Below the pieces are notes generated by a model. The model was given only the letters and a program-made list of their open reading frames with translations, was not told the origin of the DNA and ran no database searches. Of a stretch of DNA of 64,000 bases, positions 48,669 through 57,719 are shown in pieces. Positions within the stretch are counted from its first letter, which is position 1. The number at the start of each line of letters is the position of its first letter. The position numbers and the translations under genes were made by a program. This stretch comes from an uncultured virus (IMG/VR IMGVR_UViG_3300035670_000097) (lineage: Duplodnaviria > Heunggongvirae > Uroviricota > Caudoviricetes): the IMG/VR virus record IMGVR_UViG_3300035670_000097, positions 1 to 64,000 of that record; one strand, written 5' to 3'.

Positions 48669-48800
48669 CTACCACTCGTCACTCCCGAAGTATCCGTAAT
48701 CTTCGTCAGTTCCCCAACCTGCGGAGGTCATAGCAGAGTCATGATCTCCATCCATGCTGTCGTCGTAGTACTCTTCTTCTTCAAGCTCTTCTGGTTCCAT
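48669..48800 (-). CDS. 43 aa highly acidic peptide (absent from the ORF track)
   Basis: Manual translation MEPEELEEEEYYDDSMDGDHDSAMTSAGWGTDEDYGYFGSDEW; GAGG RBS. Confidence 0.55.
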   Translation of the reverse strand: MEPEELEEEEYYDDSMDGDHDSAMTSAGWGTDEDYGYFGSDEW

Positions 48801-49058
48801 TTAACGCCTCATTTTAGCTAGGTCTTTTGCTTGTTCGTTCGAAGTTACTGGAATTGCATTTGACTTGTGCATAGTGCCGATTCCGATAACATATGTACCA
48901 GTGTACTCCATTCGTGGCTTAAGACTCGTACTTGCAGTCTTAGGAGCTACGCTTGGATAGACCTTGCGATCTTCGTAAAAGGGATTGACTCGTCTCGTAG
49001 TTTTAGCGCGAAGGCGCTCGGCTCGAGAATAAATTGCATACTCATCAATACTTTTCAT
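48801..49058 (-). CDS. Conserved phage hypothetical protein
   Basis: YTGT.VIGIGTMHKSNAIPV...A.D.AKMRR motif. Confidence 0.6.
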   Translation of the reverse strand: MKSIDEYAIYSRAERLRAKTTRRVNPFYEDRKVYPSVAPKTASTSLKPRMEYTGTYVIGIGTMHKSNAIPVTSNEQAKDLAKMRR

Positions 49059-49299
49059 TTTTTACTCTTTTCACTTACAAACTATAGTATAGAATATCCG
49101 AGCGAAAAAGTAAAGTCAAAAAAATTGATTGCCAAGAGCGCCCTTCAAATCAAACCAACGAATGGTTATTTTAGTTTCCTGATGATTGGTTCTGCTTTAA
49201 TAAAGGGAACGAACGGCCACACAAACAGTAAAGCTGCAACTACTGTTACTATTATCAGAGGCCATGCAATGGTTAGAATAACTCTGTTTAGAACTTCTT

Positions 49300-49560
49300 T
49301 CATTTCCTTCTGCCTCTTCCAGACTCGACGTTCCCGTAGCCGTAGCCGCTGCTATAGCCGTCGCCATAGCCGCAGCCACCGCCGTAGCTGTAGCCGTAGC
49401 CGTAGCCATCCCCGTTGCCGTTGCCGTAGCCATTACCGTCGCCATAGCTATAGCTATAGCCATTGCCGTCGCCGTAGCCGTAGCCGTAGCCATCGCCATC
49501 TCCGTAGCCATCGCCGTTGCCGTAGCCGTCACTGTAGCCAATCGGATAAAAGCTATTCAT
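49300..49560 (-). CDS. Gly/Tyr-rich repeat peptide 3
   Basis: GYGDGYG repeats; ATGA coupling with neighbours. Confidence 0.6.
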   Translation of the reverse strand: MNSFYPIGYSDGYGNGDGYGDGDGYGYGYGDGNGYSYSYGDGNGYGNGNGDGYGYGYSYGGGCGYGDGYSSGYGYGNVESGRGRRK

Positions 49561-49817
49561 TCCCGCCTACTTCTCCTAGACTCGACGGTCCCGTAGCCGT
49601 AGCCGTCGCTGTCGCCGTAGCTGTCGCCGTTGCCGTAGCCGTCGCCGCAGCCCTCGCCGTAGCCCTCGCCGTAGCCGTAGCCCTGGCCGTAGCCGCATCC
49701 CCAGCCGCATCCCCAGCCGCCGCCGTCGCCGTTGGCGTAGCCGTCGCCGTTGCCGTAGCCGTAGCCCTCGCCGTAGCCGTAGCCCTCGTCGTAGCCAACC
49801 GGGTAAAAGATATTCAT
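49557..49817 (-). CDS. Gly/Tyr-rich repeat peptide 2
   Basis: GYG repeats; ATGA coupling; GGAGG RBS within the preceding gene. Confidence 0.6.
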   Translation of the reverse strand: MNIFYPVGYDEGYGYGEGYGYGNGDGYANGDGGGWGCGWGCGYGQGYGYGEGYGEGCGDGYGNGDSYGDSDGYGYGTVESRRSRRE

Positions 49818-50068
49818 TTTCTTCTCTGCCTCCCAGACTCAACGGACCCGTAGCCGGAGCCGGAGCCGCGTCCGTAGCCGTAGCCGTTGCCGTAGCCGTA
49901 GCCGCGTCCGTAGCCAGCATCGTCGGCGTAGCCGTCGTCGCCGCCGTAGCCGTTGGCGTAGCCGTCGCCGTTGCCGTAGCCGTAGGCGTTGCCGTAGCCG
50001 TTGCTGTAGCCCTTGCCAACCGGACGAAAAACGACGGCTTGATCCCCCGCCGTCACTTGAGCCCCCAT
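49814..50068 (-). CDS. Gly/Tyr-rich repeat peptide 1
   Basis: GYG repeats; start uncertain. Confidence 0.55.
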   Translation of the reverse strand: MGAQVTAGDQAVVFRPVGKGYSNGYGNAYGYGNGDGYANGYGGDDGYADDAGYGRGYGYGNGYGYGRGSGSGYGSVESGRQRRK

Positions 50069-50346
50069 CCGTCACGAACGGGCACGCAGAATATCTCCGC
50101 ACCCTCCGGCATATCTACGTCGGCAATTGGACGCAGATCGGCGTTCTCGGTCTCGACCATTTTTGCAAATCCAATGGAGTCCCAAGAAAAAACATGAATT
50201 GCTCTACTTAGGCGAATTCGACCGTTCTCGCGAGTCACATCGCCTGCGAAGATCCAGCCACGGTCAACGACCACGACCGCACGAGTACCAGTCGGACGAT
50301 TGCCAACCGGAGCATACTCAACACCATTGATGATTAAATTTTCCAT
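50053..50346 (-). CDS. Small beta-rich phage protein (DUF6948-like) heading the Gly/Tyr cassette
   Basis: INGVEYAP, VVVVDRGWIFAG and L..A....W motifs. Confidence 0.55.
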   Translation of the reverse strand: MENLIINGVEYAPVGNRPTGTRAVVVVDRGWIFAGDVTRENGRIRLSRAIHVFSWDSIGFAKMVETENADLRPIADVDMPEGAEIFCVPVRDGWGLK

Positions 50347-50922
50347 ATCAATTCCTTCTATGCTTTCCCAATCAACCAATATAGTATAGGCTATTCAGTC
50401 GAAAAAGTAAAGTCAAAAAAATTGATTGCCAGGAGCGCCCTTCAAATCAAACCAACGAATGGTTATTGCAGTTTCTTTTTCAAACAACGACACAAGTTCC
50501 AACAGCGTAAGCGGCTCTACACTTGTGAAGCTTTCTGCCCAAATACTAAACTGCGTGTAGTCGTGCTTGTGCATAGTGGGAAGAGGAATTTCGTAGTCAT
50601 TCACTTGGGCTTTACCATAGACATTGATACGCCCGCCAGCCCATTGATCGGTGTTTTTCTGAATCCACTCGTAGTTCACTGGACCCATCCAGCAAGTTGA
50701 GTATCTATACACGACTAAGCTCCTTTCTCAGCTCCAAAATTTCATCACAAAGCCGATCAATGATACTTTCTTGAGCGTCGATCGTATCTGCAAACTCTTT
50801 AAGTTGCAAACTCATTCGAGTTATGGTAGCCAAATGCTCGTCACAAAACTGACAGTCGTACATTTTTTGCCTCAATACTTTGTAGTAGCTCAAGATATGC
50901 GAATTTTCCCATTTGAAGTACA

Positions 50923-51011
50923 TATTATAAAGTAAAAGAAGGAGTTTGTCAAGAGTTAAAATTATACATGCTAAAAATAACTCTTGACAATATGCTCAGT
51001 ATTTTTTATAA
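50923..51011. promoter_or_regulatory. Divergent pair of consensus sigma70 promoters
   Basis: Minus-strand TTGACA-N17-TATAAT (~50924-50952) and plus-strand TTGACA-N17-TATAAT (50983-51011). Confidence 0.75.
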
Positions 51012-51172
51012 TATACACTTTGGAGTAATACGCGCATGAGATGGAGCTACAAAGAAAATGTAATACTACAAAAAAATTATGGCAAGTGTTCATCAGAAGA
51101 GCTTTTAAAGCTACTGCCGGGCAAGAGCCTGAACAGTATTTATGCTCAGGTTCACCGACTAAGGAAAAAAGG

Positions 51173-51427
51173 ATGGCGACTATAATACCCTTTCCTGTGC
51201 AGCCTTATACACGCACATCGCGACGAGAAGACTATCTTCAGTATTTTTATTATACAGTAGCGTCACTGGCAAATGAGCTGGACATGGATACGGAGAATCT
51301 AGAGGAAGACTTTGCCGTATTGTTTGAAAACATAGAAACTTTAGTAAATAAGCATCTGGAAATTTATGATTATACAAGTGAAGAATTTGGATCGAGCGAT
51401 GAAGAAGTTCAAGAGATTATCGAATGA
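51173..51427 (+). CDS. Acidic hypothetical protein
   Basis: Start refined to MATIIPFP behind an AAGGA RBS. Confidence 0.5.
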   Translation: MATIIPFPVQPYTRTSRREDYLQYFYYTVASLANELDMDTENLEEDFAVLFENIETLVNKHLEIYDYTSEEFGSSDEEVQEIIE

Positions 51428-51560
51428 GAAACTTCTAGATTTGAGAAAGTATGAGTACTGGGAAAAGCAAAGTGTTCGAAAGCGACGGCGACTTAACTCC
51501 GCCAAACGACGGGAATATTTACGCCAGCGAAACAGTGAGAGTAACGATACGAAGTATTGA
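51366..51560 (+). CDS. rpsU: Ribosomal protein bS21 homologue
   Basis: 64 aa basic protein; LDRAMKKFKR...LRKYEYWEKQSVRKRRR...AKRR matches the S21 pattern (YEKPS-like). Confidence 0.8.
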   Translation: MIIQVKNLDRAMKKFKRLSNEKLLDLRKYEYWEKQSVRKRRRLNSAKRREYLRQRNSESNDTKY

Positions 51561-51734
51561 AAGCTCTAACTGGGAGCGCCGACCTACCGAAACCAAGATC
51601 GTTCATGTACTTAGCGGTACACTTACTTTAAATGGAAAACCGGTACATTCAACTGCAACAATTTTGCCAGGTACTTGGCACAGGTTTGCAGGCCCCGCTG
51701 AAATATTAGAAGTAGTTCACTACTCTAAGTGAGA

Positions 51735-51764
51735 AAAATAGCGAGCTTAGTCTCGCTATTTTTT
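51735..51764 (+). terminator. Intrinsic terminator
   Basis: AATAGCGAG-CTTAGT-CTCGCTATT followed by a T run. Confidence 0.65.
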
Positions 51765-51777
51765 TATTTAAAAAATT

Positions 51778-52515
51778 ATGCATAAATATGAAACTGTCTT
51801 TATTTCCGACCTGCATCTTGGCAGCAAAGGCTGCCAGGCGGAGAAACTGAACGAATTTCTAAAAATTGTAGAGTGTAAAAATCTTTTTCTAGTGGGCGAT
51901 ATACTTGACGGCTGGAAAGTTGCTCAAAATAAAATGCACTGGAAAAACTCTCATACGAGCGTAATTCGTCATATTCTTCGACTGGCAAAGAATGGTACGA
52001 AAGTTCATTATGTTGTGGGCAATCACGATGAGTTTCTTCGACCCCTGTTAAAGTATTCCATGACTTTTGGACGAATTGAAATTGCAAACTCTTTTACTCA
52101 CGTTGGGCTGAACGGTAAACGATATCTAGTAGTGCATGGAGATTTTTTCGACGGCATTACTCGATTGGCTCCGTGGCTAAGCTTTTTAGGTGATCGAGCT
52201 TATGGAATATTGCTTAGTATAAACTACCGATTTAACTGGATACGCCGTAAGTTTGGTTTTGGATACTGGAGTTTGAGTGCTTGGCTGAAGCATCGAGTGA
52301 AAAGAGCAATTGACTTTTTATTTGAGTTTGAAAACAATATTACTAGCTATGCGAACCGAAAAGGTTATCAAGGAGTAATTTGTGGCCACATTCATACTGC
52401 TAGTATTAAAATGATTAACGATATTGAATACATGAACGACGGAGACTGGGTAGAATCTTGTACTGCACTGGTCGAGACCGAAGAAGGAGAATGGAGAATA
52501 TTATGCTTGTCCTGA
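51778..52515 (+). CDS. Metallophosphoesterase of the LpxH2/PlcP phospholipase C type
   Basis: FISDLHLG, LVGDILDGW, GNHD, HGD.FD, ICGHIH and NDGDWVES.TAL motifs. Confidence 0.85.
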   Translation: MHKYETVFISDLHLGSKGCQAEKLNEFLKIVECKNLFLVGDILDGWKVAQNKMHWKNSHTSVIRHILRLAKNGTKVHYVVGNHDEFLRPLLKYSMTFGRIEIANSFTHVGLNGKRYLVVHGDFFDGITRLAPWLSFLGDRAYGILLSINYRFNWIRRKFGFGYWSLSAWLKHRVKRAIDFLFEFENNITSYANRKGYQGVICGHIHTASIKMINDIEYMNDGDWVESCTALVETEEGEWRILCLS

Positions 52516-53453
52516 TTACTGACGCCTGGCATCCGCAGGTAAATGGAGTTGTTACCACTTACACAAACATACTGAATCATTTGACAATTCCGTATGAAGT
52601 GATTTCACCTCAAAACTTTAAATCAATTTACAATCCTTTTTATCCAGAAATTCGACTGGCTTTACCTTTTGGATTGAAACAAAAATTACTTAGTTACGAA
52701 CCCAACACTTCATTTCACATTGCAACTGAAGGACCGCTCGGCTGGAGAGCTCGCAGCATATTGAACAAAGCGGGACGAAGATACAGTACAGCTTTTCATA
52801 CACGCTTTCCTGAGTACTGTAACGTACGCTTTGGAATTCCAGTAAGCTGGGGATATAAATTTATAAATAAATTTCATTCCACTTCCAGTCGAGTATTTGT
52901 ACCGTCAAATGAAATTGCAAAAGAGTTTTCGAACCGATCAACTGCTGTAATTTCTCGAGGCTACGATACGGAATATTTTTATGACGATAAGAAAATGGAA
53001 AGAAATAGCATACTGTATGTCGGACGACTGAGCAAAGAGAAAAACATAGAAGCCTTTTGTTCATTGCCGTATGACAATCTCGTAGTAGTTGGCGATGGCC
53101 CCGAGCGCAAAAGACTGGAGCGTAGATATAAAAATGTTCAGTTTGTGGGCTATAAGTTTGGACAAATTCTAGGCAATTATTATCGGCAAGCAAAAGTAAC
53201 AGTATTTCCCAGCAAAACGGATACATTTGGAATCACTTTACTGGAGGCAATGGCGTGCGGAAGCCCCGTGGCGAGTTATAACTGTAACAATACTAAAAAT
53301 ATAATTATAAATGAATTGAACGGCTATCGCAATGACAATCTACATTTTGCTGTCAAAAAGTGTTTGACGATGAACAACAAAAGTGTAGCGAAAAGCGTGA
53401 CGAAATATAACTGGCCTGAAGTGGCTCAAGAATTTCAGAAATGGCTGGTATAG
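52503..53453 (+). CDS. GT4 glycosyltransferase, Agt-like (diacylglycerol glycosyltransferase)
   Basis: ITDAWHPQVNGVV, HIATEGPLG, FHTRFPEY, YVGRLSKEKN and FPSKTDTFG..LLEAMACG motifs. Confidence 0.85.
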   Translation: MLVLITDAWHPQVNGVVTTYTNILNHLTIPYEVISPQNFKSIYNPFYPEIRLALPFGLKQKLLSYEPNTSFHIATEGPLGWRARSILNKAGRRYSTAFHTRFPEYCNVRFGIPVSWGYKFINKFHSTSSRVFVPSNEIAKEFSNRSTAVISRGYDTEYFYDDKKMERNSILYVGRLSKEKNIEAFCSLPYDNLVVVGDGPERKRLERRYKNVQFVGYKFGQILGNYYRQAKVTVFPSKTDTFGITLLEAMACGSPVASYNCNNTKNIIINELNGYRNDNLHFAVKKCLTMNNKSVAKSVTKYNWPEVAQEFQKWLV

Positions 53454-53520
53454 TTCGCACACAGTAAGATTTAATTAACCCCTACTCAAAAATAAAATAG
53501 TACTTTTTTAACTGAAAGAC

Positions 53521-53725
53521 TTGACTTCTTACAAAAGTCATGATATAATAATAGCATATAATTTATTACAAGCGACATTAACAGTTTCGTGCTAGGGTCT
53601 GGGAACTAGTTTAATTGATTAGTAAGCTGCATGATCACCTCTCGGGAGCCTGAAGCGGGAGAGAGGACAGTGATGCTGTTTACAATCTAATGTTAGTTGT
53701 TTCCATACCCTAGCACGCGGTTTTT
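53521..53725 (+). ncRNA. Candidate ~170 nt rod-shaped ncRNA with its own promoter
   Basis: TTGACT-N17-TATAAT at 53521-53549; 130 nt imperfect hairpin 53588-53717; T run downstream; no ORF. Confidence 0.5.
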
Positions 53726-54010
53726 ACATACCCTAAACGTGATTTCATTCTAAATATACGGTTTACATAATTGAATTTTACGGTTTGTATGGTTGAATGA
53801 ATTGAAATTGCGGTTTGTAAAAACTACAAAGTTCTAATCAATAATAAGTCGTAAAGTTTATTTGATTTATGTAATTACGTACAATATGAAGTCTAATTGC
53901 GTCAATTCGCGATTCTCGGGCGATACCGTTTATTGATTTTTGAATGAGCTGAGGAATTTAATAGCTAATAAGCTTATCTTAAATTTATAGGTAATTTTTA
54001 TTAATTGTCT

Positions 54011-54352
54011 CTAGCTTTGGGCCTTTATGCTTGCATGTTTCTCCAGTATTGCTTTTTCCAGCAGTTGAAGTTCCAGCTTAGGAGCTTTTTCTAGTCCTTG
54101 AATACGCTCTGGGTTGAGGTTCAACAACCCCGCCAGGCGTGCAATAATCTCCTTTTTGGTTTCTGGTAGCTCGCCTCGCTTATTGAGATACCGCGTCTTT
54201 TCATACACTCCTTCTCTTGCTAGCTTGCCGATGATGCTTTTTTCGCTCTTGGAATAGCGGTCCGCCAGCTCCTCAATAGCACGCCTCTTGTTCTCACTCG
54301 CCACATAAAACGATACGATCTCATTAGTAATTTCTAGGTTGTAATTGCTCAT
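54011..54352 (-). CDS. T5 A2-like DNA-binding protein paralog
   Basis: ELA....KS.KSIIGKLAREGVY...K...GLEKA motif. Confidence 0.6.
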   Translation of the reverse strand: MSNYNLEITNEIVSFYVASENKRRAIEELADRYSKSEKSIIGKLAREGVYEKTRYLNKRGELPETKKEIIARLAGLLNLNPERIQGLEKAPKLELQLLEKAILEKHASIKAQS

Positions 54353-54579
54353 AAACTCAACTCCAATTGATAGGGTTCAGACAGCCGCACGTCGCAGTTT
54401 TTAATCATGGTTGAAAAAATACTGTCGTAGTTGTGAACTTCAACGGCCAGCTCGATGTTGTAGTGATCTATAATTTCTACAAGAGCTGCGATTTTAGTTT
54501 CACTTTCCGCTAATCGAGCCAGATAAGATTCTCTCGAAGTATTAGTGATAGGAAATTGTACGATCATATTTACTCCAAT

Positions 54580-54868
54580 AAAAAACCCCGCAGAAGTTTC
54601 CCTCTGCGGGGTTGTATTCTGAGTAGCTCCCCGCTGCTCTCAGATTGAAAGTTTTACACTTTCTCCCGTACCTACGCTATTCATTCCAGAGTAGCGTCGC
54701 TATTTTATAGTAGCTTAGTAATTCGCTACTTGCAGCAATTCGGTCCTGAAAGGACCAAACCCCGCTGGGGTTTTAAATAGAGCTTAAATCTAACAATTTA
54801 AGATATTTTGCGCTGAAAGCGCACAACCCCGCTGAAGTTTGTGTTAACATGTAACTCAACTTCAGAAA
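54580..54868 (-). ncRNA. Candidate ~290 nt multi-hairpin ncRNA
   Basis: Promoter TTGACA-N17-TATAAT (54873-54901); string of short hairpins; terminator CCCCGCAGA/TCTGCGGGG-TTTTTT; no ORF. Confidence 0.6.
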
Positions 54869-55678
54869 ATACATTATAGAGCACTTGAGCTAGAATGTCA
54901 ACAACTATTTTTCAATTGCTGCTAACTTCTGGGCTACTTGAACCGCCTCAATGTAAAGTGGATGCCCACGATGTTTAATCGCTTCGTTTCTTAGAAACCA
55001 GCGAGCATTGAGAGGAGTACCCTCTTGGCGGTTCTCAGGAACACCTAGCTTTTTCATTATGCTTGCAAAAGTCATGTTTCTGATCTCCGCTGTCGAAGAT
55101 CCTCAAGAGCTACGCGAAACATTTCTTTTTCCAGCGTCATGAGCGTGCTTTCGTAAATTACGGCTACGTCAGCTAACGCAGAAAAAAGTTCTGCATCAGT
55201 AAACTCGCCTTGAATTCCACAGTGCTCTTTCATCTCAGAAACTTCCAAAAGAGAGGCAACAACGCAGCCGTTACGATCTTCCCAAGATTGAAGTTCCCGC
55301 CATTTTTGTTTTGCTTTAATATTCATGCCTTAGGACTCCGCACCAAATAATAGGTATTGTTTTCGATGTAACAGCCGTAGTCGTGTTTTACACGAAGATA
55401 GAAAATTGCATTTTCTGTTCGTCCATGTACGAAAGCTACTGGACCTTTCCAGCATTCTTCAAAGAAGTCATTGCTTTCGCGTACAAAATGACAAATTCGT
55501 AGTTGAAGTAGAGCTGCTGCTCTGCTTTTCCACTCGTACATTGTTGCACTCCTTGAAATACAAAAGTCGCCCCTCTCCCGCGCTTTTGTTGACTTTCCAC
55601 ACTTGTTGAAAGTCTTACCGCACTTCTATGCGAGATCAGCGTTGCGCTGCTCGTAAGAAGAGGAAGCTTTGCACTTCC

Positions 55679-56032
55679 TCAGACCTGACCAACTGCCGCA
55701 ACTTTAAGCTCTTCGAGCTTACGATACAAGCGAATCAGGTCAATTTTGCTTGCCTTGCCGAAGGATTCTACAGGAAAACCCAGAGTACCTTCGATCATGG
55801 AGACAAGCATTTCTTTGCGTACCGGGAGCTCCCCAGTCTTGGTGAGACGAGGCTGCTTCCGGTAAACACCTTCACGAGAAAGCTTAGCAATGATCGACTT
55901 TACAGGTCGATTCATTTCTTCTGCAAGCTCCTGAACCGTCTGAAGATTGGGTTCAGCCGAATAGCGCTCTACCATGTGAGCCACCATTTCGCTCGTGTAG
56001 TTCGTTGCTTCTTTCATTTGCTTTTCCCTCAT
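55679..56032 (-). CDS. T5 A2-like DNA-binding protein paralog
   Basis: ELAEEMNRPVKSIIAKLSREGVY...KASK motif. Confidence 0.6.
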   Translation of the reverse strand: MREKQMKEATNYTSEMVAHMVERYSAEPNLQTVQELAEEMNRPVKSIIAKLSREGVYRKQPRLTKTGELPVRKEMLVSMIEGTLGFPVESFGKASKIDLIRLYRKLEELKVAAVGQV

Positions 56033-56257
56033 TTCGAAAAACTATTATACAGGCAATCGAGGTGAAAAATCAAGTACTATTTTTTTAATCCTTGGAGCTG
56101 CTTGCTGAATAAAAATTGGTACTTGCTTTCCCGCCGAATTGAGAAACTATTATGCGCTCACCAAGCAGTAAAGTCAAGAGTCATTTTTCGATTGTAAACA
56201 AAATGTACAGACCAATGACAAGTGCTGCTAGCATTGCAAAATCCATAAGAAACTGCA

Positions 56258-57678
56258 TTAGGTACTCCCAGTTACAATTGCATTGTGAATGTCTAGAAAA
56301 CCTGCTTCTTGTGCAAGACCGTATGCAGAGCGATCAAAACCAAAAACATTATACAGCACATGCCGATAACTGCCTTGATCGACAATTTCACCCTGATGAA
56401 TACGTCGAATAACAGCACAAAACAATGCCAGTTGATCTTCTTTCGAAAAAGAATTCCAAAATTCTTCTTGCTTTTGAATTACAGCAGGCCGTCGAGCTTC
56501 GTAGCTTTGTTGAAGTGCATAAAAAAATTCAATGTTTTCCATTAAATAAACTCCCGTCCTCGAAAACTATAGCCTTCTGCGTCGATCCAATCCTGCACAC
56601 TCATACCAACTTCATTGAGAGAAATATTTTTTATGCCGTCTTCAGAAACATAGTTTGGAGATTTATACGTTTCAACGTAGTTTACAAACCAGGAGTAAGT
56701 AACTCGATCTCCAAACTCATCATAAATTTGTTCGTTCTTAAGAAACTCTTTCCACTCCTGCCACGACTCTAGCTTTTCGTGAGTGTACCCACGAAAAATA
56801 AACGCATGACCAAATGCCGCAACACCGATATGATAAAGTTCATCAAATCGCTTGCAGCATTTACAGAAGTTGTTCCCTGTGTAATAATTAACTTTCATTA
56901 TTCATTCCCTCTGCAAACGCTTCATAACCTTTTTGCGTCAATACAATCGTCTCATCGAAAGACTGTATCAATTCCTTTCGAACAAGAGAGCTGCAAACTC
57001 CTGAAAGAGCTCTTCCTTCCAGACCAGAAGGATATTTTGCATCATTGATACAATTCGTCCAGACTTCTGCATTTGCTTCTTCGTAGCAAGTAGGAATTCC
57101 GTAGTTCATGTGATTGAAACAATTCGTTGCAATCGCACGAAGAACTGCAAACTCTTTATTCGTTAGATTCATTTTCTTCGACATTCCACATACGAATATA
57201 GTTTAGTGCAAATGCGACTTGATTAGCAGGATAACCACTATCCAACAGAAAAATTCTCAGATCTGGATCTTTTTGAGAATTCCAGATCTTAGGAAAACCA
57301 AATCTCCAGCCTTCTGGTGGGTCTATCCAAACTTTACCGTAATTATACATTTCAGTAATCCTCGTTATCTCGACCGGTCGTACCCCAGGAAACTGGACCA
57401 TATGCAGTCGACTTAATGCTGTTGTAGAGAATCACTCGCCATGCGTCGTAGTATGCTTGAGTCGAATTGTCAAACTCCTCCAAATCGTCTTCGGTAGGAG
57501 GGGGCAGTTCTTCAAAGGCTTCTTCTGCCATGATCACAGCTTGCTCATAACCATAATCTTCTGCATCTTCACGCGAACACGCCGAGATGACAAGCTCGTA
57601 GTCTTTGTTGTAGATTCCATAATTAACGAGGTACCTAGGCATGTATGCTCTCCATTTGTGATTGCAAGCTTTTTCCAA
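56258..57678 (-). other. Operon of small hypothetical early genes (56258..56542, 56542..56898, 56888..57184, 57156..57401, 57352..57678)
   Basis: Abutting or overlapping minus-strand ORFs downstream of TTGACT-N17-TATAAT (57690-57718). Confidence 0.55.
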
Positions 57679-57719
57679 ATTCGAAAAGTATTATAGGTTC
57701 ATTGGGTCGCAAAGTCAAG

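Larger units (their letters stand above)
49103..50467. repeat. 68 bp direct repeat (49103-49170 and 50400-50467) flanking the Gly/Tyr-rich cassette
   Basis: CGAAAAAGTAAAGTCAAAAAAATTGATTGCCA(A/G)GAGCGCCCTTCAAATCAAACCAACGAATGGTTATT occurs twice with one mismatch. Confidence 0.85.

Noticed and set aside
48867..50102. Long Ala/Thr, Val/Ala and Arg-rich ORFs (48867..49853, 49197..49541, 49553..49798, 49576..50019, 49839..50102)
   Set aside because: Shadow frames of the GGCTAC-type repeat; the Gly/Tyr frames have RBSs and ATGA coupling.
51778..52515. Canonical lipid A enzyme LpxH
   Set aside because: It has GNHD rather than GNRD and is coupled to an Agt-like GT4, which fits PlcP better; not formally excluded without a phylogeny.
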